The notes: generated by a model not told the origin, from the sequence alone. Positions 37,503 to 48,095 are shown, numbered from the stretch's first letter. The stretch is 64,000 nt of DNA from a virus (IMGVR_UViG_3300011774_000001:32001-96000); one strand, 5' to 3'. Made by a program: numbers and translations.

Positions 37503-39122
37503 ATGAAAAAGAGCATGCTGCCCGCCAACCTTTGGATTCTTGACACTCGCCAGCCGAAGGTCAAAAACCTGCGCACAGTGACCACGTTGGACATCAACGA
37601 GGGGGCTACGCGGGTGCTCCATCCAGAGGGATTGTTCTCTACCCAAATCTTCGGGCGGGTAGGTTCGGAGGAGCGTGATACCACCTTCGGCAAGATTGAC
37701 ATCGCCGTGCCGGTGTTTGACCCAACCACCTTCGATTTGCTGATGTCGCTCAAAGGTCTCTACGTCGCAATCATCAACGAGCAGAAATATGCCAAGTTCG
37801 ATGAGATCGAAAAAGACTTTGTGGTCTCTGACCCCGTCAATGGCGACACGGGCTATGACTTCTTCATCCGTCACTGGAAAAAGATTCAGTTCGTGCGTAA
37901 CAACTCTGATCGCCGGAACATTAAAATCCAGGAGATCGAGAAGTACAAAGAGCAGGCAGAGATCCAACACTTCGTTGTGTTGCCTGCTGGCCTGCGGGAA
38001 ATCGAGGTCAATGAAGCAGGGCGTCAGGAAGAGCACGAGATCAATGAGCTGTATCGCCGTGTGATCGCTTCTGCGCGTGTTCTGAACATCGGCAATGCAT
38101 CGGGTGACCTTCGCTCTTTGAATGCCCCACGTCGCTCCCTGCAGCGTGCTATTCAGGAAGTCTGGCAATACCTGTTTGACTTTGTGGGTGGTAAGCGTGG
38201 TTACATGGCTGTGCGTATGGCCAGCCGTCGTGTATTCGATGGTACTCGAAACGTTATTACCGCCATGGACCCTGTCCGCGCCGAGATCGGTGTGGGTGAG
38301 CCGCTCGACTTGAACCACACTCAAGTGGGGATCTTCCAGACTGCCAAGGGCACGCGCCCTCTGACGATCGGTCGGTTGCGCAAGGTGATGTTTGAGCATG
38401 TGTTTGAGAACTCGCCTGAGTCAACGCATGCTTGGCTGATCAACCCGAAAGACTTCAGCCGTGTCCACGTCAATGTGGGTCACCAACTGAAGGACCGCTG
38501 GACCACCAAAGACGGTCTGGGCAAGGTCATCGAATCGTTCCGTGAAGACAGTCTGCGTCAGCGAGCTGTAATGATCGCAGGTATGTATGTAGGTCTGGTG
38601 TATGAGACTGAAGACACCTTCAAGATCTTCTACGACATGGAACAACTCCCGAAAGATCTGGATCGTGCCAAAGTGCGACCCATGAACCTGACGGACTTTG
38701 TTTACCTGAACTGTGTGGACGACTGGCTTAAGTGCTACGTCTTCCCAACCCGCTACCCTGTAGCAGGCGCTGGCTCCATCTATCCGTCCAAGCCTAGCTT
38801 GGTGTCCACGGTACCGTCTAAGCAGTGCCGTGAACTGGATGACAACTGGGAGCCCTCTGACCGCGTGATCGCGTCTTACCCGATCCTCAACGCAGTCTAT
38901 TACGATTCGATGTCGGTACACATGGCCATGCTGGTAGGCCTGTCTGCTGACCATGACGGCGACATGACCTCGGCGAACTACGTGTTCTCCATGGAATCGA
39001 TTGCAGAGCTTACTGCTCACTTCGACAAAGCCGAGACTTACCTGAACCCAGATGGTGGGCTGAAGTCCTCCATGGACTACTACACGCTCACGCTGGTAAC
39101 GCACAACATGAGCCGGAGATAA
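37503..39122 (+). CDS. Virion RNA polymerase beta' subunit, catalytic part (phiKZ gp180-like)
   Basis: GLFS..IFG, VLPAGLRE, SRRVFDGTRNVIT, TRYPV, catalytic ADHDGD. Confidence 0.92.
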   Translation: MKKSMLPANLWILDTRQPKVKNLRTVTTLDINEGATRVLHPEGLFSTQIFGRVGSEERDTTFGKIDIAVPVFDPTTFDLLMSLKGLYVAIINEQKYAKFDEIEKDFVVSDPVNGDTGYDFFIRHWKKIQFVRNNSDRRNIKIQEIEKYKEQAEIQHFVVLPAGLREIEVNEAGRQEEHEINELYRRVIASARVLNIGNASGDLRSLNAPRRSLQRAIQEVWQYLFDFVGGKRGYMAVRMASRRVFDGTRNVITAMDPVRAEIGVGEPLDLNHTQVGIFQTAKGTRPLTIGRLRKVMFEHVFENSPESTHAWLINPKDFSRVHVNVGHQLKDRWTTKDGLGKVIESFREDSLRQRAVMIAGMYVGLVYETEDTFKIFYDMEQLPKDLDRAKVRPMNLTDFVYLNCVDDWLKCYVFPTRYPVAGAGSIYPSKPSLVSTVPSKQCRELDDNWEPSDRVIASYPILNAVYYDSMSVHMAMLVGLSADHDGDMTSANYVFSMESIAELTAHFDKAETYLNPDGGLKSSMDYYTLTLVTHNMSRR

Positions 39123-39124
39123 TC

Positions 39125-42100
39125 ATGGTTCGTTTCGAAGCATTTAACCGTCGACACGGTTTGATCAGGTCTGAATACCTGAGCATGCCGCGTTTGGCGG
39201 ATATGGTCAAGGTGGAGTTCCCCGCCGCTTCTGTGATTCACTATCTGCCCGAGAACGACGTGGATTGGTGGCCAGAGCCTACGTGGTGGATGATCCGTCA
39301 GACCACAGGTGACGTCTGGGTTGAACACGTCCTGGAATTCCATGCTACCCACGGTAAGACCACTGAGGTTGCTGGCAGTCCGCAGAACGCTATCCGTAAG
39401 TACCACCAGCGTTTCCCAACGCTTAAGAAGGTGGTCAATCAGGATGCGGCATTGCGCAATGAAACCAGTTGCCTGGTGATCAATCACGCGATCGCTCGAC
39501 ACTTCCTGAAGTATCAGGGTACTCAGTTCATCGAGTACAGCCGTAACCGCAACATCCGCGATAACGTCTTCGAGCAGATCGGCCGGATTGTACAACAGGT
39601 TGATCGTCAGCACTTTGTACCGATCCGTATGCCCTCGACCTTCCCGACGCTGTCTCAGATTCAAAAGGCAGAGCACGAGGAGATTCTGTCGGTTGATTCG
39701 GTCAAGCGTTTCACCTCCCTTGAGCATTTGATGTTCTTGGAGATCTGGCGCTGGTTGGGTGATCCTGGTCCTCGCAAAGATAAAGACGGCAAAGACGCTG
39801 ACCGCGGCGTACTTTCTTTGATCAACAAGATCCCTGAAGACAAGCTGCAGCATGTGAACTTCGTCTTTACCGTTCGCGGTAACTGGATGATGTACAACCT
39901 GGCTGATTTGCTGCGTCTGAAGAAGATCGACGCCAACCCTAAGGGTAAGTGGGAGCCTCTGCAAATGCAGAAGCGTTTCCTCAACGCATTGATCCAGCTG
40001 ATCGAGGCTGGTATTACCGCGGAAAAAAAGCCCGAAGGATTGCTCGATCAGGAAGCACCCGAAGAGCAGTCCCAAAAGTCGAACCAAGAGATCCAGAGCC
40101 ACAACGAGGCGATATTGTCTCAGGTACCGGTATCGAAGGAAATCTCGTCGAAGATCGAACGGAACCAACCGGCGACTCTGACGGGGATCGGCGTGGACAG
40201 CTCCCAAGGAACTACAGTCCTTCCGCACTCGGTGGAAGCGGAGGTGGCAGCGAAGGAACAAGCCGCCAAGGAGATGGAGCAGTCGGAAGCTTCCTCCGCC
40301 GCCTCGCAGGGCGCAAAGGTTTCAAGTGACCTGACGGACGAAGAGATTGACGCCAACCTTGAAGCACTGGAACGCGTTGAGCAAATCCAGCAGGGCGCTG
40401 ACTTCAACCCCGTTAACCCCAATGCCAACCCATTAGAGGAAGGCATTCTGTCTCGTGGTCGTGCACTGGCCAAAGACGGGGTGATCTCGGGTGCTGAACT
40501 GCGCCGTATCGAGGCATTGGCTGAAGGCTACAAGAAGCTTAAGAACCCGTTTGGGCCTGGGCTTTTGCATGACGCTGCAATCGTTACTGCTGAAGAGTTG
40601 GAAGTCAAGCCGGAAGAGTACGAAGTCAAAGGCCCAATCTTTGATAAGTCGATGCTGGCTTCTGCGGTGCGAGTGGCGAACGCCAAGTACGTCAAGACCA
40701 CCATGCACAAGGACACGGTTAACGCCATCCTGAACTTCCAGCGGACAGGCATTGCGGTGACAGGCTTTGAAGTTGAGAAGTCTAAATCGATCCTGGGTGA
40801 GTCGAACATTCTGTCCATTCGTTGGCAGCCGATTGGTGGTGCAGCTTCTACTAGCCGCATCATTCTGCCGGTGGTGAACGAGGAGGGTGTGTTCAAGGCC
40901 GGTGGTACTCGCTACCGGATGCGTACTCAGCGTACCGATGTACCGATCCGTGTGGTGGCCCCAGGTCGTGTGTCTCTGACCAGTTACTACGGCAAGATCA
41001 ACATCTCTCTGTCCGAGCGTGAGATCCACAACTATGGCCGCTGGTTGACCGATCAGATCAGTGCGCTGTCGATGGATGAGAAAGGCCCTATCGGGGAAAT
41101 CCATTTCACCAACGTGTTCGACCGCTCAGTGATTGCGCCTAAGGCGTACACTCGATTGGCGCACAGTGTGCACACCATGCGCATTGGTGACATGAACCTG
41201 AACTTCAAACACGCTGAACGATTGACGCTGGGTAAACCTGCTGACATCGAAGCGCTGGAGAAAGACGGTTCTGTGGTCGTAGGTAAGACCAACGTGGGTG
41301 CCCTGATCACCATGAACCCGCAAAACGAGTTTGTGGTTAAAGGTCAGTCTCGCGGTACCATCGAAGAGATCCTCAAGCTTGACCAGACAGGTGCACCGCA
41401 TCAAGTTGCAATGATGCGTCTGCGTGGTCAGTGGGTTCCTCTGGGTGTGATCATGGCCAGCTACATCGGTCTGTCTGCCCTGATCCAACGTTGCAAGGGT
41501 TCTGTGCGTCGGGTACAGGCGGGTGACCGCATGAACTTGGAGCCGCATGAATACGCCGTACGTTTCAGTGACGAGTCTCTGATTCTGGATAGTCGTGAGC
41601 AACTGCCAATGTTGCTGTTGTCTGGCTTCCGTTTCTATCACAAAGAGATCCGTCAGATCAGCGTGTACAGTTTTGACAGCAAACCTGCGTATGGCATCCT
41701 GTTGGACGCTAAGTCTCGTAACGGGGCTTACACGGTTGAGCTGGAGATGCTGAACGACCTGTTCGTTGATCCGATGACGCGTGACCTGCTGCGTGAAATG
41801 AAGGAACCTACCGAGTGGCAACCCTTGATCTACCGTGCTGCGGAACTCCTACTCAAGGACTACGCCCCGGATGAGGTTGACGGCGCTTACATGCTGCTCA
41901 AAGGCTACGAGCGTGTACCGGGTACTGTTTATCGTGAGCTGGTGGCTGCAACGCGTCAGTACAAACTGCGCAGTCGTGTGACCAAAGCTTCGATCGACAT
42001 GAAGCCGACTGCGGTGTGGAACAGCTTTACTGCCGACAGCTCCATCAGCCCTGTCAACGACTGCAACCCGATTGCGGACCTGCGTGCATCCGAGGCCGTG

Positions 42101-43477
42101 ACGTACATCGGTACCGGTGGTCGTAGCAAGCGCTCGATGGTGGCCCGTACCCGTAAGTTCCACCGCAACGACATGGGTGTGATCTCTGAGGCAACGGTGG
42201 ACAGTGGTGACGTAGGTATCAACATCTACATGACCGCTAACCCACGCATCGTGAACACTCGTGGTCTGACCAAGCCAGCCCCTGAGGCTGACGTGGGCAT
42301 CTCGTCTTTGGTTTCCACTGCTGCCATGTTGTCTCCAGGCGCAGACATCGACGATCCGAAGCGTGTGAACTTCATTGGTATTCAGCATGGCTCGGGTATC
42401 GGTGCAGTCGGGTATCGCACCATGCCGTACGCCACTGGCTATGAGCAAGTGATTGCTCACCGTTCGGGCAAGAAGTTTGCCTACACGGCCAAAGGGAAGG
42501 GCACGGTTGTCAGCATCAAGAACAACGTCCTTAAAGTGAAGTACGAGGACGACTCGGTCGATGCAGTTGAGATCGGTCGTGTGTTCACCAGTGGTGAAGG
42601 CCACACTTACCCCAACGATTTGCTGACCACTGTGCAAGCAGGGGACACAGTTGAGAAGGGTGATGTGCTGGTTTACAACAACTGGTTCTTTGAGCTGTCT
42701 CCGTTTGCTCCGCGTCAGGTTGTGTACAAACACGGTGTACCTGTCCGTGTGGCGTTGTACGAGTCGGTTAACACATTGGAAGACGGTTCGCGTATCTCGC
42801 CGAAGACCTCGGCAGCGATGCGAGCCTACGAGACTGAAATCCGTGACCTGGTCCTCGACTTCAAAACCACCCTGCACACGCTGGTGGAAGTAGGCGAAGA
42901 GGTTCACCCGGACGATACTCTATGTACCATGGAAGACCCTTCCTCGTCTGCTGCTGATCTGTTTTCTGAGAGTGGTGTAAGTTCCCTGCAACTGCTGGTG
43001 GACAAAGCCCCTCGTGCCAAATTGCATGGTAAAGTTGACCACATCGAGATCGCCTATAACGGTGAACTTGAAGACATGTCGCCAACTCTGCGCAAGGTGG
43101 TAGAAGAGTACGATCGTAAGCTGCGTAATAAGAACCGGGATCTGGGTGATGAAGTTAGCGAAGGCCGTGCTGATGAAAGCATGCGCGTCAATAACCAACC
43201 ACTGCAGATGGACCAACTCGTTATCCGTATCTTCATCTCCCATGGGCGTGACGCCTTCGCAGGCGACAAGGGGGTACTGGGCAACCAGATGAAGTCGGTG
43301 TTCGGTCAGGTTATTCCGGGTGTCTTTGAAACGGAATCGGGTGTTGCCCTGGATATGGAATTCTCGGACAAGTCCATTGAAGACCGGATTGTTCGTTCGT
43401 CGCGTAAGTCGGGCATGATGAATGCTCTGCTGATTCACACGGGCGCCAGAGGTGTAGCTGCTTACCGGGGTGCATAA
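39125..43477 (+). CDS. Virion RNA polymerase beta subunit, N-terminal/main part (phiKZ gp178-like)
   Basis: G.GGRS, GVISEATVDSGDVGIN, DDPKRVNF..IQ, EDG, GDKG..GNQMKS motifs. Confidence 0.92.
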   Translation: MVRFEAFNRRHGLIRSEYLSMPRLADMVKVEFPAASVIHYLPENDVDWWPEPTWWMIRQTTGDVWVEHVLEFHATHGKTTEVAGSPQNAIRKYHQRFPTLKKVVNQDAALRNETSCLVINHAIARHFLKYQGTQFIEYSRNRNIRDNVFEQIGRIVQQVDRQHFVPIRMPSTFPTLSQIQKAEHEEILSVDSVKRFTSLEHLMFLEIWRWLGDPGPRKDKDGKDADRGVLSLINKIPEDKLQHVNFVFTVRGNWMMYNLADLLRLKKIDANPKGKWEPLQMQKRFLNALIQLIEAGITAEKKPEGLLDQEAPEEQSQKSNQEIQSHNEAILSQVPVSKEISSKIERNQPATLTGIGVDSSQGTTVLPHSVEAEVAAKEQAAKEMEQSEASSAASQGAKVSSDLTDEEIDANLEALERVEQIQQGADFNPVNPNANPLEEGILSRGRALAKDGVISGAELRRIEALAEGYKKLKNPFGPGLLHDAAIVTAEELEVKPEEYEVKGPIFDKSMLASAVRVANAKYVKTTMHKDTVNAILNFQRTGIAVTGFEVEKSKSILGESNILSIRWQPIGGAASTSRIILPVVNEEGVFKAGGTRYRMRTQRTDVPIRVVAPGRVSLTSYYGKINISLSEREIHNYGRWLTDQISALSMDEKGPIGEIHFTNVFDRSVIAPKAYTRLAHSVHTMRIGDMNLNFKHAERLTLGKPADIEALEKDGSVVVGKTNVGALITMNPQNEFVVKGQSRGTIEEILKLDQTGAPHQVAMMRLRGQWVPLGVIMASYIGLSALIQRCKGSVRRVQAGDRMNLEPHEYAVRFSDESLILDSREQLPMLLLSGFRFYHKEIRQISVYSFDSKPAYGILLDAKSRNGAYTVELEMLNDLFVDPMTRDLLREMKEPTEWQPLIYRAAELLLKDYAPDEVDGAYMLLKGYERVPGTVYRELVAATRQYKLRSRVTKASIDMKPTAVWNSFTADSSISPVNDCNPIADLRASEAVTYIGTGGRSKRSMVARTRKFHRNDMGVISEATVDSGDVGINIYMTANPRIVNTRGLTKPAPEADVGISSLVSTAAMLSPGADIDDPKRVNFIGIQHGSGIGAVGYRTMPYATGYEQVIAHRSGKKFAYTAKGKGTVVSIKNNVLKVKYEDDSVDAVEIGRVFTSGEGHTYPNDLLTTVQAGDTVEKGDVLVYNNWFFELSPFAPRQVVYKHGVPVRVALYESVNTLEDGSRISPKTSAAMRAYETEIRDLVLDFKTTLHTLVEVGEEVHPDDTLCTMEDPSSSAADLFSESGVSSLQLLVDKAPRAKLHGKVDHIEIAYNGELEDMSPTLRKVVEEYDRKLRNKNRDLGDEVSEGRADESMRVNNQPLQMDQLVIRIFISHGRDAFAGDKGVLGNQMKSVFGQVIPGVFETESGVALDMEFSDKSIEDRIVRSSRKSGMMNALLIHTGARGVAAYRGA

Positions 43478-43495
43478 CCCCGGTGTTTCTTTTTT
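43464..43495 (+). terminator. Hairpin (GCATA loop) + T-tract over the vRNAP stop
   Basis: accggggt-gcata-accccggt-gtttctttttt. Confidence 0.65.
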
Positions 43496-43520
43496 GTCTT
43501 ATTGAAGCTGGAGATCGTCA

Positions 43521-43712
43521 ATGGACGTCAATCAAATCCGCTTGGTCGAACACAACACTGCGGTGGTGGCCAACGTGCTCAACGTCGTTACTCTGGCTAT
43601 CAGCCAAGTGGCGGGTAAACAGATCCAGCGTAAGCTGGACGAAGAAACCGTGTCCGACGAAGCACTGACCACTCTGGTGGCTGCTCGTCTGAAAAACACC
43701 ATGAAGTTGTAA
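43521..43712 (+). CDS. Small hypothetical protein
   Basis: GGAG RBS, 63 aa. Confidence 0.75.
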   Translation: MDVNQIRLVEHNTAVVANVLNVVTLAISQVAGKQIQRKLDEETVSDEALTTLVAARLKNTMKL

Positions 43713-43722
43713 GGAGCGCCCA

Positions 43723-45153
43723 ATGTTTACTCAATCCGTTTTGGCTGAAGCTCAAGCTCTGGCCATGTCGTGTGCTGAACGTGGGATCGCCATCAACAGC
43801 GCTGCAGACAGCTTCCTGGACAATCTTGTCAACCTGAGCCACAACTCGCTCGACACTCAGTGCCCGTCGGTTGACGAATCGGGTACCCGTCACGAGCGTA
43901 GCGGCATGTACGCTGACCCTGAAATCGCTGACGCCACTCACATGGCTTTCACCGATGAGTCCGCGATGGCCGTGGCCGAGATTGCCAGCCGCAACATCAT
44001 GGTGGCCCGTACCGATGCCCTGCCTCTGATTGAATCCGTCATGGATCAGTTCGAGCAGATCATCAACCCGGACATCCCGTACGCTTATCGCCGTCGTTCG
44101 GTGGTGCCTGTTCCTTTCCACCCGCTGTGGCAGTCGGAATACATCGTCGGCATCGGCGATACCTACGCCAACGGCAGCGAAGCCGGGCAGATCCCTGCAG
44201 GCCTCGTACTGAGTGCTGATGAAGAGCAGTTCACCAACTTCCTGGAACTGACCAAGACTGGCTTGCCTCAGGTCGATGCTCAACTCGAAACCCTGCTCAA
44301 GGGCTACGAAGACGAAGACCTGCGTCGTCTGTTCAAAGCCACCTTCAGCGCCGGTAACCTGCCGGTGATCCGCGGCCCTCAGTCGCTGAGCGAAGGCTGG
44401 ATCAATGACCAGATCCTGATCCATGTCTGGGCCCGTGCACTGGGTGACAAGACGCCAAGCAAGTCGAGCCACAACCTGGCTTCGTACCGTGCTGGTCTGT
44501 CCACCGTGATCGAGCGTTCCGGTAACAACATCTGGCACATCAACAAGATCCGTCAGAACTGCGCCGAAGGCAAGATCCTGGTACTGGCTTACGCTGGTGA
44601 CACCATTCACGTTCATTCGGACATCTACACCGAGTGGCTGAAACAGGAAAACTCGGGCAACTGCCCTGAAGTGATCCTGGGTGCTTCTCTCATGACCGGT
44701 CAACTGCGTCCTGCTTCGGGCGAAGACCTGACTCGCATGGGGCCAGAGCTGGTGGCCAAGTGGAACGACTACGTGTCGATGTCCAGCCGTGCCGAGCAAG
44801 AGAACCTGAACGCGCAAGCACGGGTTGAACTGTTCAAGCTGGTGCGCACCCACGTCGACAAGCGTCTGGCCGATGGCCTGGTGGCAGTCTACGAAAACTC
44901 CATGGCTGCCCTGAACGCCTGCGTTGAGCGTCTGCCGACCAACTTCATCAAAGACCCGTACTGCTACGTGCGTGATCTGGTACTGGATGTGTTCTACACT
45001 GGCACTGAAGTGAAGTTGTTCGTGCTGGCCATGGACGAGATCGAAGATGATGACGACGACCTCGATGAAGAGGAAATCGCATTCCTGGCCACCGTCAACT
45101 ACATGACCGACTGGGCTGCTGGGCTGCTGGTTGCCAAAAGCGGTCAGCGCTAA
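43723..45153 (+). CDS. Virion/head-associated protein (phiKZ gp177-like)
   Basis: 476 aa, TAAGGAG RBS; lies between vRNAP beta and the protease module. Confidence 0.7.
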   Translation: MFTQSVLAEAQALAMSCAERGIAINSAADSFLDNLVNLSHNSLDTQCPSVDESGTRHERSGMYADPEIADATHMAFTDESAMAVAEIASRNIMVARTDALPLIESVMDQFEQIINPDIPYAYRRRSVVPVPFHPLWQSEYIVGIGDTYANGSEAGQIPAGLVLSADEEQFTNFLELTKTGLPQVDAQLETLLKGYEDEDLRRLFKATFSAGNLPVIRGPQSLSEGWINDQILIHVWARALGDKTPSKSSHNLASYRAGLSTVIERSGNNIWHINKIRQNCAEGKILVLAYAGDTIHVHSDIYTEWLKQENSGNCPEVILGASLMTGQLRPASGEDLTRMGPELVAKWNDYVSMSSRAEQENLNAQARVELFKLVRTHVDKRLADGLVAVYENSMAALNACVERLPTNFIKDPYCYVRDLVLDVFYTGTEVKLFVLAMDEIEDDDDDLDEEEIAFLATVNYMTDWAAGLLVAKSGQR

Positions 45154-45164
45154 GGGGGTAGGGG

Positions 45165-45887
45165 ATGGACGTTACCCGTCTAAAGCGTGATCCCGACAAG
45201 TGCAACGCGAATACCGTTGTACGGGGTGACGAGATGGTTACCAAGGTCCCCTGCAAAATCCTGGTTCCTGCTCGGTACATCGAGCAGGGGCTGGGTGTGC
45301 TGGAGCCCGAAGTTTATGTCATCGCCATTATGGTCTTGATCATGGAGGACAGTTACTACACTGTCATCAATGCCCCGGCCATGATGCGTCTGACACCCAC
45401 CGACATCAACCATATCACCATCAACGATGTGGAATACGTCGAACTGATCTTCCCGAAAGGAGCCGTGGTCTGTCCGCAGCTGAATTTGGTAATGCGGAAC
45501 GAAATGGTTTATTACGTCTACAACGAACTGACCTCCAAAGGCAACTACGGGTTCTGGTTTGAAGAAGACGACATGACCATGCCGTTTGAGAATGCTGAGG
45601 AGTTCTGTGGGGTGCGTGTGGGTTCCAACCATGCGATCATGCAGATGGTGGCTTCCTCGTGTACTCGACTGGAAGGCGATAAGTCCATTCAGTTCAGACA
45701 TGCGGTGAAGACTCCAGCCGACGAGCAGAAGCTCAAGTTCACGATTATCCCCCTCAGGTCTATTATTTGGGGTCCGACGAACACGTTTGCTCGGGCGATC
45801 GGTCCTTACTTCAAGGAGGGTTTGACGACTGCGCTGGTGAACCCATCGACCAAGTCTGAGACCATCGAGGAAACGTTAAGAGGGTAG
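45165..45887 (+). CDS. Putative virion RNAP beta' C-terminal subunit (phiKZ gp176 / SPN3US gp244-like)
   Basis: L.RD..K, IPLRS....TNT....GPYF..GL..ALVNPS...E..LR; immediately upstream of the prohead protease. Confidence 0.65.
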   Translation: MDVTRLKRDPDKCNANTVVRGDEMVTKVPCKILVPARYIEQGLGVLEPEVYVIAIMVLIMEDSYYTVINAPAMMRLTPTDINHITINDVEYVELIFPKGAVVCPQLNLVMRNEMVYYVYNELTSKGNYGFWFEEDDMTMPFENAEEFCGVRVGSNHAIMQMVASSCTRLEGDKSIQFRHAVKTPADEQKLKFTIIPLRSIIWGPTNTFARAIGPYFKEGLTTALVNPSTKSETIEETLRG

Positions 45888-45893
45888 TCGGTC

Positions 45894-46691
45894 ATGGCCG
45901 CTAAATCGATCAGTTACGGATGTACGGCGCTGTTGGGCGTCAACAAAAAGGGCATCATTAAACCTGATGCCAACGGGTATTACGAAATCACCGTGGGCGG
46001 CTTCAACGTTCACAACTACGGTGGTGCGTACTACCCGCTCGGTAAGGCCGAGCAGTTGTTCAAGGATTCCGGCTCACTGATGCGTCGTATCAAGGCCGGT
46101 GTCCTGCGTGGTGAACTTGGCCATCCTCGACAGGAAGGCATGAGTCCATCGGCTTACTTCAAGCGGCTCAACGAGATTCACGAGGAGAAGGTTTGCTGCC
46201 ACTTCGCCGAAGTGCGTCTGGACTACGACAACTACAAGTCTAAGTCGGGTTTCCCGATGGTGGCGATCATTGCTCGTGTCAAGCCGTCTGGTCCGTTTGC
46301 CGACACGCTGGAGCGTTCCCTGCAGAACCCGGAAGAAGAGACCTGTTTCTCTATCCGTGCTGCGGTGGTTCCAGAAATGGAAGGTGGTCGTGAAGTCCGT
46401 TACATTGAAGACATCGTGACCTGGGACTATGTGAACGAAGGCGGCATCGCTATCGCTCGCAAGTATTACTCCATGGCTCTGGAGCAGATGGGTGGTGGTG
46501 CTGTGGCAGAAATGTCTGACAGCCTCATCGTGACCCCTGCCATGCTGCACACGGCTAAACAGTCCGTGCAGACAACCATGGGTCTTGAGTCCAACGAAAT
46601 GTTCGCACTGCAAAGTCTGGAGAAGCGCCTGGGTTGGGCTCGTCCAGAACAAGTCAAGTTCGATCGTCCACGCTACCTCAACCTGCGGTGA
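45894..46691 (+). CDS. Prohead protease (phiKZ gp175-like)
   Basis: GELGHP, VKPSGP, CFSIR, TWDYVNEGGI..A.K; C-terminal ALE and GLE candidate self-cleavage sites. Confidence 0.9.
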   Translation: MAAKSISYGCTALLGVNKKGIIKPDANGYYEITVGGFNVHNYGGAYYPLGKAEQLFKDSGSLMRRIKAGVLRGELGHPRQEGMSPSAYFKRLNEIHEEKVCCHFAEVRLDYDNYKSKSGFPMVAIIARVKPSGPFADTLERSLQNPEEETCFSIRAAVVPEMEGGREVRYIEDIVTWDYVNEGGIAIARKYYSMALEQMGGGAVAEMSDSLIVTPAMLHTAKQSVQTTMGLESNEMFALQSLEKRLGWARPEQVKFDRPRYLNLR

Positions 46692-46696
46692 TTGTC

Positions 46697-46888
46697 ATGG
46701 ATGTCTGCTACGCGAATGTGGTTAAAAGAAACGCCGACACTGGCAACCTTATCAGCTCTGTAGGCAGTGCACTCATCAACGGTTATTCCGCTCGGTGTTT
46801 GCTCCGTGTTGCAAAGCTTGAGAATGGGGTACTTGAGCGCCACCTCCTTCGACGTGGGCAGATCATCCCCGCATATTGCCGGCGCTAA
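46697..46888 (+). CDS. Small hypothetical protein
   Basis: GGTG RBS; ends before the terminator. Confidence 0.5.
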   Translation: MDVCYANVVKRNADTGNLISSVGSALINGYSARCLLRVAKLENGVLERHLLRRGQIIPAYCRR

Positions 46889-46893
46889 CATAA

Positions 46894-46927
46894 TCCCCAG
46901 CCCCGCAAAGGGCTGGGGACTTATGCC
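46894..46927 (+). terminator. Hairpin + CTTATGCC terminator
   Basis: tccccagccc-cgcaaa-gggctgggga-cttatgcc. Confidence 0.75.
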
Positions 46928-46932
46928 GATTG

Positions 46933-46966
46933 AACGATTTCTCAAACCTAAATTATCCATTTGAAT
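46933..46966 (+). promoter_or_regulatory. Putative early promoter
   Basis: aacgatttctcaaacctaaattatccatttgaat, similar to 2175 and 48300. Confidence 0.5.
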
Positions 46967-47011
46967 GATTCCCCAAAGATCATTCGATTCTCTGTAACAG
47001 AGGTACTTGTC

Positions 47012-47278
47012 ATGCCAGATATGATCATTAAAAGAACCCAGGAGAGAGTAAGCAACAGATACTTAGGAGCCTCTTCGCAAGTCCACGTCTATAACGGACG
47101 CAAGAAAATGTGGGAGTGGAAGTCCCTGTGGAATTTCCAAGTGTGCAACAAAGAAGCTGTCACTCAGGAAATCCCACCGCCCGGTTCAGACGTTGTAACA
47201 CTGACCGCCATTACACCGACGAATCATTACGAGGATCGGTGCGATGAACTTAATATGAAACACTGGGGAGTAAAGTAA
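47012..47278 (+). CDS. Small hypothetical protein
   Basis: GAGGT RBS; TAATG coupling to next gene. Confidence 0.6.
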   Translation: MPDMIIKRTQERVSNRYLGASSQVHVYNGRKKMWEWKSLWNFQVCNKEAVTQEIPPPGSDVVTLTAITPTNHYEDRCDELNMKHWGVK

Positions 47279-47541
47279 TGACCAACACAGGATTCCACCG
47301 CTACAGTAATCGTCAAGTCCGCATGGGCGATGGTCGTATCCACTGTAGCTTTGTGGGACTCCTGGAAGAGATGGTAGCGGGTGGGGCTCGCAAGGGCTCC
47401 GCTTCGCGCACTGTTTCCTTCCAGGATAAAGCTGGGAGCAAACGTGTCATTAGCAGGTTGGTCTTGTGTCATCCAACCAAAGGAGTAGTACGCCGTGGGT
47501 TCGTCTTCAAACCTCAACAAGCAACGACGCTCTGGGGATAA
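47278..47541 (+). CDS. Small hypothetical protein
   Basis: GGGGAG RBS. Confidence 0.6.
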   Translation: MTNTGFHRYSNRQVRMGDGRIHCSFVGLLEEMVAGGARKGSASRTVSFQDKAGSKRVISRLVLCHPTKGVVRRGFVFKPQQATTLWG

Positions 47542-47698
47542 CCTCTACGTCTACCATCTGAAGATGGGTAACGATGGAGGAGATGCAAATCAGCCAAGGT
47601 GGACCGAGAAGGTTCTTTCCTTTGGCCATTGCCAATTCACTCAGCACCACTCGTACAGCAACGGTCGGGAGCGCATCTACGGCGACCCTCCTCCGTGA
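47495..47698 (+). CDS. Small hypothetical protein
   Basis: AAGGAG RBS 9 nt before GTG. Confidence 0.55.
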   Translation: MGSSSNLNKQRRSGDNLYVYHLKMGNDGGDANQPRWTEKVLSFGHCQFTQHHSYSNGRERIYGDPPP

Positions 47699-47714
47699 CT
47701 TAAAGGAGCTGTCA

Positions 47715-48095
47715 ATGGAACGGAAGGCGTTAAAGTCACCCGGTTCTAACAACATGAAGATTACTCACACAAACTCGCAATGCAATTTAGGTAACGGCTA
47801 CACTCAGGCCTTTCGGTCTCGGGTGATTGACGAGCCTTCGGCCAATGAAGTTATCACGGCCATCGTAACCGGTGCCAACTTCAAAGACGGTATCGATTAT
47901 GTACGGACGAACCAGATCAGCTCCCACTGGCCTTTCATGGACCATGGGGTTGCAAGGTTCCGCAGGTGTTCCTCCCGTGCTCGCCTGATGTCTCCTGAGC
48001 GTCGTTACGAGGAGATGTTGGTTGATCGATCCGATGGTCTCCATCTAGACCTAGGTTCGGGACTGACGCTGCATGCAGTGTGTGACTCGCGATGA
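47715..48095 (+). CDS. Hypothetical protein
   Basis: AAAGGAG RBS before ATG 47715. Confidence 0.65.
   Translation: MERKALKSPGSNNMKITHTNSQCNLGNGYTQAFRSRVIDEPSANEVITAIVTGANFKDGIDYVRTNQISSHWPFMDHGVARFRRCSSRARLMSPERRYEEMLVDRSDGLHLDLGSGLTLHAVCDSR

Noticed and set aside
37503-43477. Introns or inteins in the RNAP genes
   Set aside because: ORFs are continuous and of expected size; I saw no intein splice motifs or homing endonuclease motifs.
22558-45887. Split RNA polymerase subunits as a novel system
   Set aside because: Split beta and beta' virion RNAP subunits are an established feature of phiKZ-like phages.
47278-47698. Possible programmed frameshift or pseudogene joining 47278-47541 and 47495-47698
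   Set aside because: The second ORF has its own AAGGAG RBS and GTG start and no slippery site is evident.
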